A stretch of 32,000 bases of DNA. Origin: Aquifex aeolicus VF5. Lineage in GTDB: Bacteria; Aquificota; Aquificia; Aquificales; Aquificaceae. The position numbers were made by a program, and so were the translations under genes. The stretch lies in NCBI RefSeq assembly GCF_000008625.1, contig NC_000918.1:300001-332000 (forward strand), read 5' to 3'. Positions 1 to 9,612 of the stretch are shown here, piece by piece; position 1 is the stretch's first letter, and each line of letters begins with the position of its first letter. The notes below the pieces were generated by a model. It saw nothing but the letters and a program-made list of their open reading frames with translations. It searched no databases and had not been told where the DNA came from.

Positions 1-829
1 ACCACCTATTGCGGGCTTTATGAAGTCCTTTATCTTGAGTTTCCTAAAAAAACTACTTATTAAGAAAAAAATGTTCACGTAAACCCTCGTAAAGAGTGCG
101 CAAATAACTTCTAGACCCGCGTACGTAAAAGAATTATTAAATCAACTTCTTTAAATGGCTGGACGTTTGAAGAAAATATCGGCTGAAATCCGTAAACGGA
201 ACCAAAAACGCTGTAAGCTACAACTGAGGCTATAAAGCTCGGGATCATGGTCTCAATAATAGAAGTCCCTTTTGAAAAAGACCTCCGCACTGATAATTGC
301 CCCGGCGAGAGGAGCTTTAAAGATAGCTGCTACTCTGCCCCGAGCCTATTGCGAGTGCCTTCCTCTTTTCGGACTCCTTTAGCTTAAACCAATCAGCCAC
401 GGAAGAACCAAGCCCCGCACCAATTAAGGCTATTGGGCCTTCCCTTCCCGAAGTCCCGCCTGTTCCTATAGTTACAGCGGAGGTTATAAGCTTTACTATA
501 GAAGACTTCAAAGAAAGCTTTTTTCCGTGGTGGTAGGCATATATGGCGGCATCAGTACCCACGCCTGCGGACTCAGGTGCAAAAAAGTAAGCGAGCAGTC
601 CCGAAATAAGACCGCCTAGAGCTACAGTAATAGGAAGGAGATACGGTTTCAAAGGCTCCCATGTGAAGGTTTCCCTATGCCCTTCGCCTCCAGGGAGAGG
701 CTGGTAATAACCTACAACTTGTTCAAGAACTAAGTGAGTAATAACTTCCAATGCTTCTACAAAGAGTATTGCAAATAAGCCCGCAAACAAACCTATGATA
801 ACGGGGAGCCAGAAATACTTTCTGAGCAT
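1..829 (-). pseudogene. ClC-family chloride channel/transporter, disrupted by at least three frameshifts and running off the left window edge
   Basis: ORF 829..317 has ClC signatures (GTGGTSGREGPIALIGAGLGSSVADW) and then stops after AIGSGQSSSYL. Reverse-strand translation in other frames continues the family: RVAAIFKAPLAGAIISAEVFFKRDF (about 330-262), IETMIPSFIASVVAYSVFGSVYGFQPIFSSNVQPFKEVDLII (about 257-132), YAGLEVICALFTRVYVNIFFLISSFFRKLKIKDFIKPAIGG (123-1). Confidence 0.85.
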
Positions 830-869
830 TTAACTTTATTATAACTTTCGGGCGTTATACTAAATTAAC

Positions 870-1664
870 ATGCACGTCCTTTTAATCGGACTCGGAAATA
901 TGGGAAAAAAATACTTAAGAAAAATAAAAGAACTGGGACTGAACCCCGTCATATGCGACATAGACCCTGAAAAGGCAAACGTCTGTAACGAATGTCCCTT
1001 TTACTGCCACATAGGGGATATAAAGGAAGAGGTTCAGAAAGTAATAATAGCCGTTGATCCGAAAGATCACGTAAGACTCGCGAAAGAGTTTCTGGAAAAG
1101 GGCATTCCCGTTCTCCTTGAAAAACCCCCGGCACTGACGAGTAAAGAGTTTGAAGAAATAGTAGAGAACCCAAACCTTGAGATATCCGAAATAGAACTTT
1201 ACTCCGAAGCCGTAAAAAATTTTCCAACGGATGTAGAACCTGAGGAAATAGTCATAGAAAGACTGAACAAAGGAAGTGGTTACATAAACCCTCTCTGGGA
1301 TCTCGCCTGGCACGATCTTTACGTACTTCAGTACCTCTTCGGTGATGTAGAAGCCGAAGAAGTAAATAGGAAAAACGGTATTTGGGAAATAAAGGGAAAG
1401 GTAAAAAACGTTCCCTTTACCCTGAGAGTTGCGTGGAATTACCCTGAAGAACAGAAGAGAGTCTGGAGGATAAAAACTAAAAAGGGAGAAATTTTAATGG
1501 ATTTCATAAAAGAAGAACTCGCTTACGGAAATTACAAGAGACAAAGGCTTTACGGAGACAAACTCGGTGAAATGGTTCGGGATTTCCTGAGCGGTGTAAG
1601 GAGAGAAGGAAGCACGAGAAGAGCTTTAAATAATTTAAGGATTTTGGAGAGTCTGAAAATTTAG
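870..1664 (+). CDS. Gfo/Idh/MocA-like NAD(P)-binding oxidoreductase
   Basis: N-terminal Rossmann motif MHVLLIGLGNMGKKYLRKIKELGLNPVICDID; EKPPAL matches the EKP motif of the family. Confidence 0.75.
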   Translation: MHVLLIGLGNMGKKYLRKIKELGLNPVICDIDPEKANVCNECPFYCHIGDIKEEVQKVIIAVDPKDHVRLAKEFLEKGIPVLLEKPPALTSKEFEEIVENPNLEISEIELYSEAVKNFPTDVEPEEIVIERLNKGSGYINPLWDLAWHDLYVLQYLFGDVEAEEVNRKNGIWEIKGKVKNVPFTLRVAWNYPEEQKRVWRIKTKKGEILMDFIKEELAYGNYKRQRLYGDKLGEMVRDFLSGVRREGSTRRALNNLRILESLKI

Positions 1665-2320
1665 TTTCTCTCCGCGGTCAAAACGATATTCTTCGGAGAG
1701 ATTACTTTTTTATCCCTCTTCATTTTGACCTTCAGATTTTCATCAAACTTATCCTTCAGGTAATAACACCAGGCTTCGTAAACACCGAGCTCGTCTATTA
1801 AGAACTGGTACTTTTCCCTAGGGAAGTTTCCTTCACAGCATGGCATTAAAACCGCAAACTTTACATTCTCGTTATTGTTCACAAGTTCTATAAACCTCTC
1901 CGACAAGTCCCTGCACAGGTGTATTCCCGTAAGGATTACTTTATCTCCCGCCTCTTTTATCAGTTTTTCAACCTCTTCGCTCATTATATCTGCCTTTACG
2001 AACTGAGCATTTTTTAAGTAAGTAAAGTGCTCCCTGTCAGCTCCCTCATCTATGTCCACGGCTATCACTTTGGTTTTTGGATGCATCAGGGCAACAAGTG
2101 TGCTCAAAAAACCCTTTCCCGAGCAGAGGTCAATAACGACATGATTGGGATCCCTTATAAGGTGGTCCTTAATCCTCTCCCTCACTGCCATGGCCTCGGA
2201 TATCTCCTTCCAGAAGGTGTTTTTCCTCCTGAGCTTCTTAAACTCTTCCCTGTTCTCAAATAATTTCGCTATCCTTAACTTCTTGAAGCTTTTTACGTAG
2301 GAGTTTTCCTTGATTTCCAT
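1661..2320 (-). CDS. SAM-dependent methyltransferase-domain protein
   Basis: Motif VVIDLCSGKGFLSTLVALMHPKTKVIAVDID, plus GIHLCRDLS and MPCC segments as in the Methyltransf_32-like group. Confidence 0.7.
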   Translation of the reverse strand: MEIKENSYVKSFKKLRIAKLFENREEFKKLRRKNTFWKEISEAMAVRERIKDHLIRDPNHVVIDLCSGKGFLSTLVALMHPKTKVIAVDIDEGADREHFTYLKNAQFVKADIMSEEVEKLIKEAGDKVILTGIHLCRDLSERFIELVNNNENVKFAVLMPCCEGNFPREKYQFLIDELGVYEAWCYYLKDKFDENLKVKMKRDKKVISPKNIVLTAERN

Positions 2321-2446
2321 CCCATCAAATTAATTTATACAATCCTTCTCCTGTCCCACCATGCGAAGGCTATGACACTCACGGTCAACATTTTAGATTA
2401 AACTCTTCGATTAAGATATACTCTATAACCTGAAGGAGGTTAGCAA

Positions 2447-3136
2447 ATGCTTCTGAACCTGGATGTGAGAATGCAACTAAAGGAGCTGGCACAAAAGGAA
2501 TTCAAAGAACCTGTTAGTATAAAGCTGTTTTCTCAGGCTATTGGATGTGAGTCCTGCCAAACCGCGGAAGAACTTCTGAAGGAAACCGTTGAGGTTATCG
2601 GAGAGGCTGTGGGACAGGATAAGATAAAGCTCGACATATACTCTCCCTTTACTCATAAGGAAGAAACGGAAAAGTACGGAGTTGACAGGGTTCCGACAAT
2701 AGTTATAGAAGGAGACAAGGATTACGGAATAAGGTATATAGGACTTCCCGCGGGACTGGAGTTTACCACACTCATAAACGGTATATTCCACGTTTCTCAA
2801 AGAAAGCCTCAACTTTCTGAAAAAACTCTTGAACTCCTTCAGGTAGTTGACATTCCAATAGAGATATGGGTTTTCGTTACGACTTCCTGCGGATACTGTC
2901 CTTCTGCAGCGGTAATGGCTTGGGACTTTGCGCTGGCAAACGACTACATAACTTCTAAGGTTATAGACGCTTCAGAGAATCAAGACCTTGCCGAACAATT
3001 CCAGGTTGTAGGTGTCCCTAAGATAGTCATAAACAAGGGTGTGGCGGAATTCGTGGGAGCACAACCGGAGAACGCCTTCCTCGGTTATATAATGGCGGTT
3101 TACGAAAAACTCAAGAGGGAAAAAGAACAGGCTTAA
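2447..3136 (+). CDS. Protein disulfide oxidoreductase (tandem thioredoxin/glutaredoxin fold, PDO)
   Basis: Two thioredoxin-like units with active sites CESC and CGYC; cis-Pro contexts VPTIVIEG and VPKIVINK. AAGGAGG Shine-Dalgarno upstream. Confidence 0.9.
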   Translation: MLLNLDVRMQLKELAQKEFKEPVSIKLFSQAIGCESCQTAEELLKETVEVIGEAVGQDKIKLDIYSPFTHKEETEKYGVDRVPTIVIEGDKDYGIRYIGLPAGLEFTTLINGIFHVSQRKPQLSEKTLELLQVVDIPIEIWVFVTTSCGYCPSAAVMAWDFALANDYITSKVIDASENQDLAEQFQVVGVPKIVINKGVAEFVGAQPENAFLGYIMAVYEKLKREKEQA

Positions 3137-3966
3137 TGCGTTTCTTAGATAGATTCTTCAAAAAGAAGAAGAAAGAGGAGGCTCTATGGACAAAGTGTCC
3201 GAACTGTAAAAGCCTCCTCTACGTTCCCGACCTGGAGAGCAACCTGAAAGTTTGCCCCAATTGCGACTACCACTTCACCCTTTCCGCCCTTGAGCGTATA
3301 AAGTACACCCTCGATGAGGAAAATCCCGAACTCCTATTTGAAGAAATACTACCCGCGGATCCTCTGAACTTCAAAGACACGAAAAGCTATAAGGACAGGA
3401 TAAAGAAAGCACAGGAGGAGACGGGACTGAGTGAAGCAATAGTCATAACGGAGGGGCACATAAAGGGGAAAAGGGCGATACTCGCGGTTATGGACTTTAA
3501 CTTCATAGGCGGAAGTATGGGCTCTGTGGTCGGGGAGCGGTTCTTCAGAGCCTGTGAGAGGGCTGTAGAGACTAAAACTCCGTTGATATCCTTTGCAGCG
3601 TCGGGCGGGGCGAGAATGCAGGAAGGAATACTCTCTTTAATGCAAATGGCAAAGACTACCTTCGGAGTGGGTTTACTAAAGGAGGCAAACATACCTTACA
3701 TAAGCGTTTTGACCAATCCCACAATGGGTGGCGTTTCTGCAAGTTTTGCCTTTCTGGGCGATTTAATATTGGCAGAACCAAAGGCGTTAATAGGGTTCGC
3801 GGGACCGAGGGTGATAGAACAAACTATAAAGCAAAAGCTTCCCGAGGGATTTCAAACTGCGGAATTCCTCCTTGAAAAGGGACAGATAGACATGGTAGTC
3901 CACAGAAAAGAATTGAAGGACAAACTCGCCTACTTTTTAGAGGTTATGTACTACGCAAAGCGGTGA
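3136..3966 (+). CDS. accD: Acetyl-CoA carboxylase carboxyltransferase subunit beta
   Basis: N-terminal zinc ribbon CPNCKSLL...CPNCDYHF and carboxyltransferase core (GSMGSVVGE, SFAASGGARMQEGILSLMQMAKT, NPTMGGVSASFA). Confidence 0.96.
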   Translation: MRFLDRFFKKKKKEEALWTKCPNCKSLLYVPDLESNLKVCPNCDYHFTLSALERIKYTLDEENPELLFEEILPADPLNFKDTKSYKDRIKKAQEETGLSEAIVITEGHIKGKRAILAVMDFNFIGGSMGSVVGERFFRACERAVETKTPLISFAASGGARMQEGILSLMQMAKTTFGVGLLKEANIPYISVLTNPTMGGVSASFAFLGDLILAEPKALIGFAGPRVIEQTIKQKLPEGFQTAEFLLEKGQIDMVVHRKELKDKLAYFLEVMYYAKR

Positions 3967-4640
3967 AGGAGTACCTAGATATCTTCTTTCTTGAAAAATA
4001 TCCCTTCCCTTTATACGAGGCTTTTTTAAGGATAGTATTTGCGGCACTGCTGGGGGCACTTATCGGTCTTGAGAGGGAAAGGAGGAGACAGCCCGCAGGA
4101 CTCAGAACACACGCGGTTCTTGCAATAGGTTCTGCTTTGATAACCCTCGTGTCCATCTACACGAGCTACACTTACGGGGGGATAACTGCGGACCCTTCAA
4201 GGATTACGGCTCAAATCGTGAGCGGTATCGGATTTCTAGGGGCGGGGGCTATTTTGAGGTTCGGCGTTACGGTAAAGGGACTCACAACCGCAGCGAGCCT
4301 CTGGAGCACTGCGGGTATAGGAATAGCCGCTGGAACGGGTATGTACGTTCTTTCTCTTTTCACCACTCTTATACTCCTCTTGTTTTTAACCTTTGTTAGC
4401 AAGGTAGAAAGGGAAATCCTCGGAAGCAAAGGCACGGTAAACTTAAAGCTAACCCTCACGGATTTCCCCGAAGGCATTTACAGGGTTCAAAACATACTGG
4501 AAGAAGTAAAGATACAAAAGGTCGTTAAGAAAAAAGAAGAAGTGGAAGTGCTTTTGAGTATTCCGAGATACGAAGACCTCACCGAGAAACTGGAAGAAGT
4601 CCTGAGACTCAAGGAAGTGAAAGAACTTGAACTTATGTAA
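3963..4640 (+). CDS. MgtC/SapB-family membrane protein
   Basis: LLGALIGLERERRRQPAGLRTHAVLAIGSALITL and GIGFLGAGAILRFG motifs; 4-nt GTGA overlap with accD. Confidence 0.88.
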   Translation: MKEYLDIFFLEKYPFPLYEAFLRIVFAALLGALIGLERERRRQPAGLRTHAVLAIGSALITLVSIYTSYTYGGITADPSRITAQIVSGIGFLGAGAILRFGVTVKGLTTAASLWSTAGIGIAAGTGMYVLSLFTTLILLLFLTFVSKVEREILGSKGTVNLKLTLTDFPEGIYRVQNILEEVKIQKVVKKKEEVEVLLSIPRYEDLTEKLEEVLRLKEVKELELM

Positions 4641-4650
4641 AATCTTCGTT

Positions 4651-4941
4651 ATGAAAGAAGTACTCATGAGGATATACTCCTCAAAGGAGGAAAACCTCGA
4701 AGACTATATAAATAAACTATTTGAGGGAGGAATAAGGGGTGCGGTTGTTCTTCAGGGAATAGCGGGGTTCGGAAAGGGAAGAGAGTTTCACTCCGAAGAG
4801 ATAGAAGTCCTCTCTTATGAACTTCCCGTGGTAATAGAAGTAGTAGAAGACAGGGAAAAATTACTGAACTTCCTGAAGGAAAATAGAGAGACTTTTAAGA
4901 ATTGCTACATCACTTTTGAGAGGGTGAAGGTATGGGAGTAG
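4651..4941 (+). CDS. DUF190 family protein (short paralogue); track start 4627, likely start ATG 4651 or 4666
   Basis: IRGAVVLQGIAGFGKGREFHSEEIEVLSYELPVVIEVVEDREKL is typical DUF190. Confidence 0.8.
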   Translation: MKEVLMRIYSSKEENLEDYINKLFEGGIRGAVVLQGIAGFGKGREFHSEEIEVLSYELPVVIEVVEDREKLLNFLKENRETFKNCYITFERVKVWE

Positions 4942-5306
4942 TTTTCGCGGTGGCCCTCGGAGGTGCTATCGGCTCCGCCCTTAGATTTTTACTCTCAAAA
5001 GTCGTTCAGGAACACTTCGGGATAAGCTTCCCCGTGGGAACGCTGTTCGTAAACCTGGTTGGAGCCTTCTTTATAGGGTTCTTCTTCGCTTACCTCGTGG
5101 ATAAACTCGCTGTAAACCCTCACGCGAGAGCACTGCTCATTACAGGGCTTCTGGGAGGACTTACTACCTTTTCAACCTACTCTTATGAGAGCTTTTCACT
5201 TCTTCGCGAAGGAGAAACCTTAAAGTTTTTAGCCTACACCTTAGGAACAAACGTACTCGGTATTTTCTTTACTTTCCTTGGCTACATCTTGGGGGAGAGC
5301 TTATGA
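4932..5306 (+). CDS. crcB: CrcB/FluC fluoride exporter
   Basis: ALGGAIGSALRFLLS, FPVGTLFVNLVGAFFIGFF and GLLGGLTTFSTYSYE motifs. Confidence 0.95.
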   Translation: MGVVFAVALGGAIGSALRFLLSKVVQEHFGISFPVGTLFVNLVGAFFIGFFFAYLVDKLAVNPHARALLITGLLGGLTTFSTYSYESFSLLREGETLKFLAYTLGTNVLGIFFTFLGYILGESL

Positions 5307-5620
5307 GAGTAGTAAAGAAGAAGCTCCTCAGGATATTCACCTCTGAAGACGAAAGTTTTGAAGGAAAACCTTTTTATAAGTACTTGCTTGAGAGGGCAAA
5401 AGAAAGAGGACTTGAGGGTGCAACGGTTTTCAGGGCGATTGCAGGATACGGAAAAACGAAGGAAATAAGAAAACACAAGTTATTTCAGCTGAGGTCCTCC
5501 CTTCCGGTTGTCGTTGAAATAATAGACGAAGAGGAAAAGATAAAGAGGTTTTTGGAAGAGATAAAGGGAAAACACAACGGGCTTATAACCCTTGAGGATG
5601 TAGAAGTCATATACCTTTAA
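5303..5620 (+). CDS. DUF190 family protein (full-length-like paralogue)
   Basis: [44 protein letters not shown]...[16 protein letters not shown]; 4-nt overlap with crcB. Confidence 0.87.
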   Translation: MRVVKKKLLRIFTSEDESFEGKPFYKYLLERAKERGLEGATVFRAIAGYGKTKEIRKHKLFQLRSSLPVVVEIIDEEEKIKRFLEEIKGKHNGLITLEDVEVIYL

Positions 5621-7374
5621 CCTACGAGGTACATGGTTTCCGCTTCGTGCTTTCCTTTTCCGTCTTCGAGTATCATGTCCTTGTAAGACTTTCCTGCTGG
5701 AACCATTGGGAGAACGTTTTCCTCCCTGTCTACCCAGAAGTCTATAATTACGGGTCTGTCGTCTATCTTTCTTGCCTCTTCTATAACTTCTCTTACTTCC
5801 TTAGGCTTTTTAGCCCTCATACCAACCGCGCCCATCGCTTCTGCGAGCTTTACGAAATCCGGCTGGACTGAGAGGTCAACTTCGGAGTACCTCTTGTCGT
5901 AGAAGAGTTCCTGCCACTGCCTTACCATCCCGAGGTACGCGTTGTTAATAATAGCTACCTTAACGGGAACTTTATACTGAACTGCGGTGATTACTTCCTG
6001 CATGGTCATAACGAAGGAGCCGTCTCCGTCCACTACCCAAACTTCTCTGTCCGGTCTTCCTATCTTTGCCCCTATTCCCGCGGGCAGTCCAAATCCCATA
6101 GTTCCAAGTCCGCCCGAATTTATAAACTGTCTCGGATATTTGAACTTGTAGAACATCGCAGCCCACATCTGGTGCTGTCCAACGCCTGGAACGATTATGG
6201 CTTCCCCGTTCGTGGCTTCCCAGAGCTGTTCTATAACGTACTGAGGCTTTATAACCTTGTCAGAATTTCTGTAAGTCAGTGGATGGAGTTTTTTCCACTT
6301 TTCTATTTGCTCCAGCCACTTCTTCCTCTCTTCTGGATAGAGTATCTTTGCTCCCCTTTTCTTTATTTCGTTTATGAGCTTCCTGAGGACTATCTTCACG
6401 TCCCCGACTATGGGAACGTCAACGGTTATGTTCTTGGAAATAGAAGCTGGGTCTATGTCTATGTGAATTATCTTTGCTCCCGGTGCGAATTCATCTATCT
6501 TACCCGTAACCCTGTCGTCAAATCTCGCACCTACAGCTATGAGGAGGTCCGAGTTGTAAACCGCCATATTTGCGTAATATGTTCCGTGCATTCCGAGCAT
6601 CCTGAGGGAAAGAGGGTGTGTTTCGGGGAATGCACCTTTACCCTGGGTGGTGGTGGTTACGGGTATCTGCATTAATTCAGCGAGTTCAATTAGTTCCTCC
6701 TGAGCTTCCGAGTTTACAGCTCCCCCGCCAACGTAAAGAACAGGTCTTTTTGCGGACATTATGAGCTCTGCTGCCTTCTTTATCTGCTGGGGATTTCCCT
6801 CAACGTGGGGCTTGTATCCGGGAAGGGCTGCCTTTACCTCTTCGTCAGAGGGTATTTTTACGTCCGCTATTTGCTGAGTGACGTCTTTGGGAAGGTCCAC
6901 GAGAACGGGTCCGGGTCTTCCTGTTCTCGCTATGTAAAAGGCCTCCCTTAAGATGAGGGGAAGCTCCTCTATGCTCTTAACTAAAAAGTTATGCTTGGTT
7001 ATGGGTCTCGTTATTCCTACGATATCAACTTCTTGAAAGGCATCGTTTCCGATAAGGTGGGTGGGTACCTGTCCCGTTATTGCGACAAGCGGAACGGAGT
7101 CCATATATGCGTCCGCTATGGGTGTGACGAGGTTTGTGGCTCCCGGTCCTGATGTTACCATTACAACCCCTACTTTTCCGGTTGCCTTTGCGTACCCTTC
7201 CGCCATGTGACCGGCGCCCTGTTCGTGCCTTGCGAGTATGTGTTTTATCCCTCCGAGCCTGTAAAGGGCGTCGTAAACTTCCATTATCGCTCCGCCGGGA
7301 AGCCCAAAAACAACCTCAACGCCTTCAGCCTTAAGTGTTTCAATAACTATGTCAGCTCCTTTCTTTGCCGGCAT
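5617..7374 (-). CDS. ilvB: Acetolactate synthase large subunit (ThDP-dependent)
   Basis: [54 protein letters not shown], and ThDP motif [43 protein letters not shown]. Confidence 0.95.
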   Translation of the reverse strand: MPAKKGADIVIETLKAEGVEVVFGLPGGAIMEVYDALYRLGGIKHILARHEQGAGHMAEGYAKATGKVGVVMVTSGPGATNLVTPIADAYMDSVPLVAITGQVPTHLIGNDAFQEVDIVGITRPITKHNFLVKSIEELPLILREAFYIARTGRPGPVLVDLPKDVTQQIADVKIPSDEEVKAALPGYKPHVEGNPQQIKKAAELIMSAKRPVLYVGGGAVNSEAQEELIELAELMQIPVTTTTQGKGAFPETHPLSLRMLGMHGTYYANMAVYNSDLLIAVGARFDDRVTGKIDEFAPGAKIIHIDIDPASISKNITVDVPIVGDVKIVLRKLINEIKKRGAKILYPEERKKWLEQIEKWKKLHPLTYRNSDKVIKPQYVIEQLWEATNGEAIIVPGVGQHQMWAAMFYKFKYPRQFINSGGLGTMGFGLPAGIGAKIGRPDREVWVVDGDGSFVMTMQEVITAVQYKVPVKVAIINNAYLGMVRQWQELFYDKRYSEVDLSVQPDFVKLAEAMGAVGMRAKKPKEVREVIEEARKIDDRPVIIDFWVDREENVLPMVPAGKSYKDMILEDGKGKHEAETMYLVG

Positions 7375-7444
7375 CTCTCTTCAATACCTCCGGTGCTTTT
7401 GATATTTAAATAAATTTGTAAACTTTATATTAATTTTCAATGTT

Positions 7445-7675
7445 TTAGTCTATGTCTTCACCCCTCAAGAGCCTCTGAGCGTAATTCACGCAGGCAAGAA
7501 CCATAAACCAGAGGGCGTGGTAATCCGTTTTATCAAAGTTTTCCTTTACAAAAATTGTCCCGTCTTCCTTTTCCACAACGCTTATGTACTTGAAAGCTTC
7601 CTGAGCCAGAGCCTTGTTTTGAACCTTCTGGAGTATTCTTTCTTTCACCCAGTCGGGCAGAGGTTTTTCCACCAT
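7445..7675 (-). CDS. Small conserved-looking hypothetical protein, 76 aa
   Basis: Uninterrupted ORF with plausible composition upstream of ilvB on the same strand; family not recognised. Confidence 0.5.
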   Translation of the reverse strand: MVEKPLPDWVKERILQKVQNKALAQEAFKYISVVEKEDGTIFVKENFDKTDYHALWFMVLACVNYAQRLLRGEDID

Positions 7676-7707
7676 ATTTCTTAATTTACTTTACAGATAA
7701 TTCAGTT

Positions 7708-8481
7708 CTATGAGCTTTCGTACCTTTCTATGAACCTCGCACCTACAAGGAAGAGAAGAAAGTTAAAGTTGAGCCACAAGAAGAAAAGGACAATTGTACT
7801 AAGAGAACCGTATAGAACACTTCCCTTGAATACGTACACCGTGTAAAGTGTAAATATGTACTGGAGGAGAGAGGCAAAGAAGTAAACGAGAAATGAAGAA
7901 ATCAGAAGGGAAATTTTTCTGTTAATTTTTATAAAGCTCCAGTAAAGGGATATCACTAGGAAAAGGAGCGGAAGTGAGGAGGCAAGATTACTTAAAAACC
8001 CGATGCCTTTGAAGTATGTCTTTAAAAGAATTGATACATAAAAAGACATACCGGTTACGAAGCTAAAGAGTACGAGTAAAATGGGAAAGCCTACCCAGAA
8101 AAATACTTCGTGGACGTCTCTCTTTTTCCTTTCCACAACGTAAGAGAGACTTTTGGCTATTTTCTTTACGAAGTTGACCGAAAAGAAGTAGGAAACCAGC
8201 AGGGAAATCAGGGAAGCGGTTTTACCCTGCTCTTTTGCCTTCAGAATTTCCGCTATTACCGCGTGAGTTTGTTTCGGAAAGTGTTCCCTGAGAACTTCTT
8301 CCAAAAGATCGAGCTTTATAAATCCTAGGTATGAGGATAGTGCTGCGAGGAAAACTATGAGAGGTGCGAGTACAAGGAGGAGTTGAAGAGTAAGGGCCGA
8401 AGCGTGGTAGGAGTAGTCATACCTGAAGGCGTCCCAAAGGCAGAGAAACAAAGCGTTTAAGAGCTTTCTCAAGGTTCCCAT
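7708..8481 (-). CDS. YihY/BrkB-family integral membrane protein
   Basis: Multiple TM segments; [58 protein letters not shown] match YihY architecture. Confidence 0.8.
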
Positions 8482-9581
8482 ACTTCCGTTACTTCGTATT
8501 CTACGACCTCACCCGTGAAACTTTCAAACCAGAACTTATTACCTTTCCTTTTCTTTACGTAGTTGGGAAGAAGAGGAACCTTACCTTTCCCTCCCGGGAG
8601 GTCCACCGCGTAAGTGGGTATCCCGAAACCGCTCAGCCTTCCCCTCAAATATCTCATTATTTCAAGTCCTTTGTCTATCGTAGTCCTAAAGTGAACCGCT
8701 CCCTTTATCGGGTCGCAGTGAAAGAGGTACTGGGGCTTTACCTTTATCCTTAAAAGTTTTCTAAAGAGTTTTAGCATAACTTCAGGGTCGTCGTTTACGC
8801 CTTTAAGTAGGACTGTCTGGTTGTTCACGGGAATGCCCCTTCTCAGGAGCCTGTCCACCGCTTCTTCCGCGTACTCGGTTATCTCATTCGGATGGTTGAA
8901 GTGAGTGTTTATCCATATGGGGGAGTATTTTTCCAGTATGTCCAGAAGTTTATCGTTAAAGAACCTCTGGGGTGCAAGAACGGGAAGCCTCGTCCCAAAG
9001 CGTATAATTTCCACGTGTTTTATTTCCCTTAACCTTGAGAGTAAGTATTCAAGTTTTTCCAAGGAAAGGGAAAGTGGCTCACCACCTGAAATTAAGACAT
9101 CCCTTATCTCTTCGTGTCTCTTTATGTAATCAATCATCGTGTCTATTTCCTCTTTAGTCCTTGCCCTCTCACCCTGAGAGAATATCCTCTTTCTCATACA
9201 GTGCCTGCAGTAAACCGCACAAAAGGTAGTGACGTTTAAAAGAACCCTGTCGGGATACCTGTGTGTAAGACCCGGAATATCTCCTTCTTCTTTCAGAGCG
9301 TCTGGTTCTCCCGCAGACTGAACCTTTTCATCAACTTCTACAACGCGGGGGATTGCCTGAAGTCTTATAGGATCCTTCGGGTCCTCTGGATTTATTAAAG
9401 AGAGGTAGTAAGGTGTTATCGCAAAGGGATAAAGCCCTTGAGTTCTTTTAATTCCTTCTTCCTCCTCGGGAAGGAGTTTTAAGTACTTTTTTATCTCCTT
9501 AAGAGTTTTTATCCTGTTTTGTATCTGCCACTCGTAGCTCCTCCAGAGGTTTTCCGGTACATTCTCAAAAAAGCGACGCAT
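8469..9581 (-). CDS. Lysine 2,3-aminomutase (KamA/EpmB-like) radical SAM enzyme
   Basis: CAVYCRHC (CxxxCxxC), [18 protein letters not shown], and PLP-lysine motif [18 protein letters not shown]. KamA versus EF-P-modifying role not resolved. Confidence 0.88.
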
Positions 9582-9612
9582 AAATAAAAAGGTAAAGGAT
9601 AAAGGGGAGAAA

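Noticed and set aside
2298-2332. TTGAT...ATCAA inverted repeat around the methyltransferase start as an FNR site
   Set aside because: Arms are only 5 bp with a 9-nt spacer, which does not fit FNR/CRP geometry.
6172-6675. Plus-strand ORF of 167 aa within ilvB
   Set aside because: Antisense to conserved ThDP-enzyme sequence with implausible composition.
7375-7444. Possible leader peptide or attenuator before ilvB
   Set aside because: No short ORF rich in branched-chain codons followed by a terminator-like hairpin could be seen.
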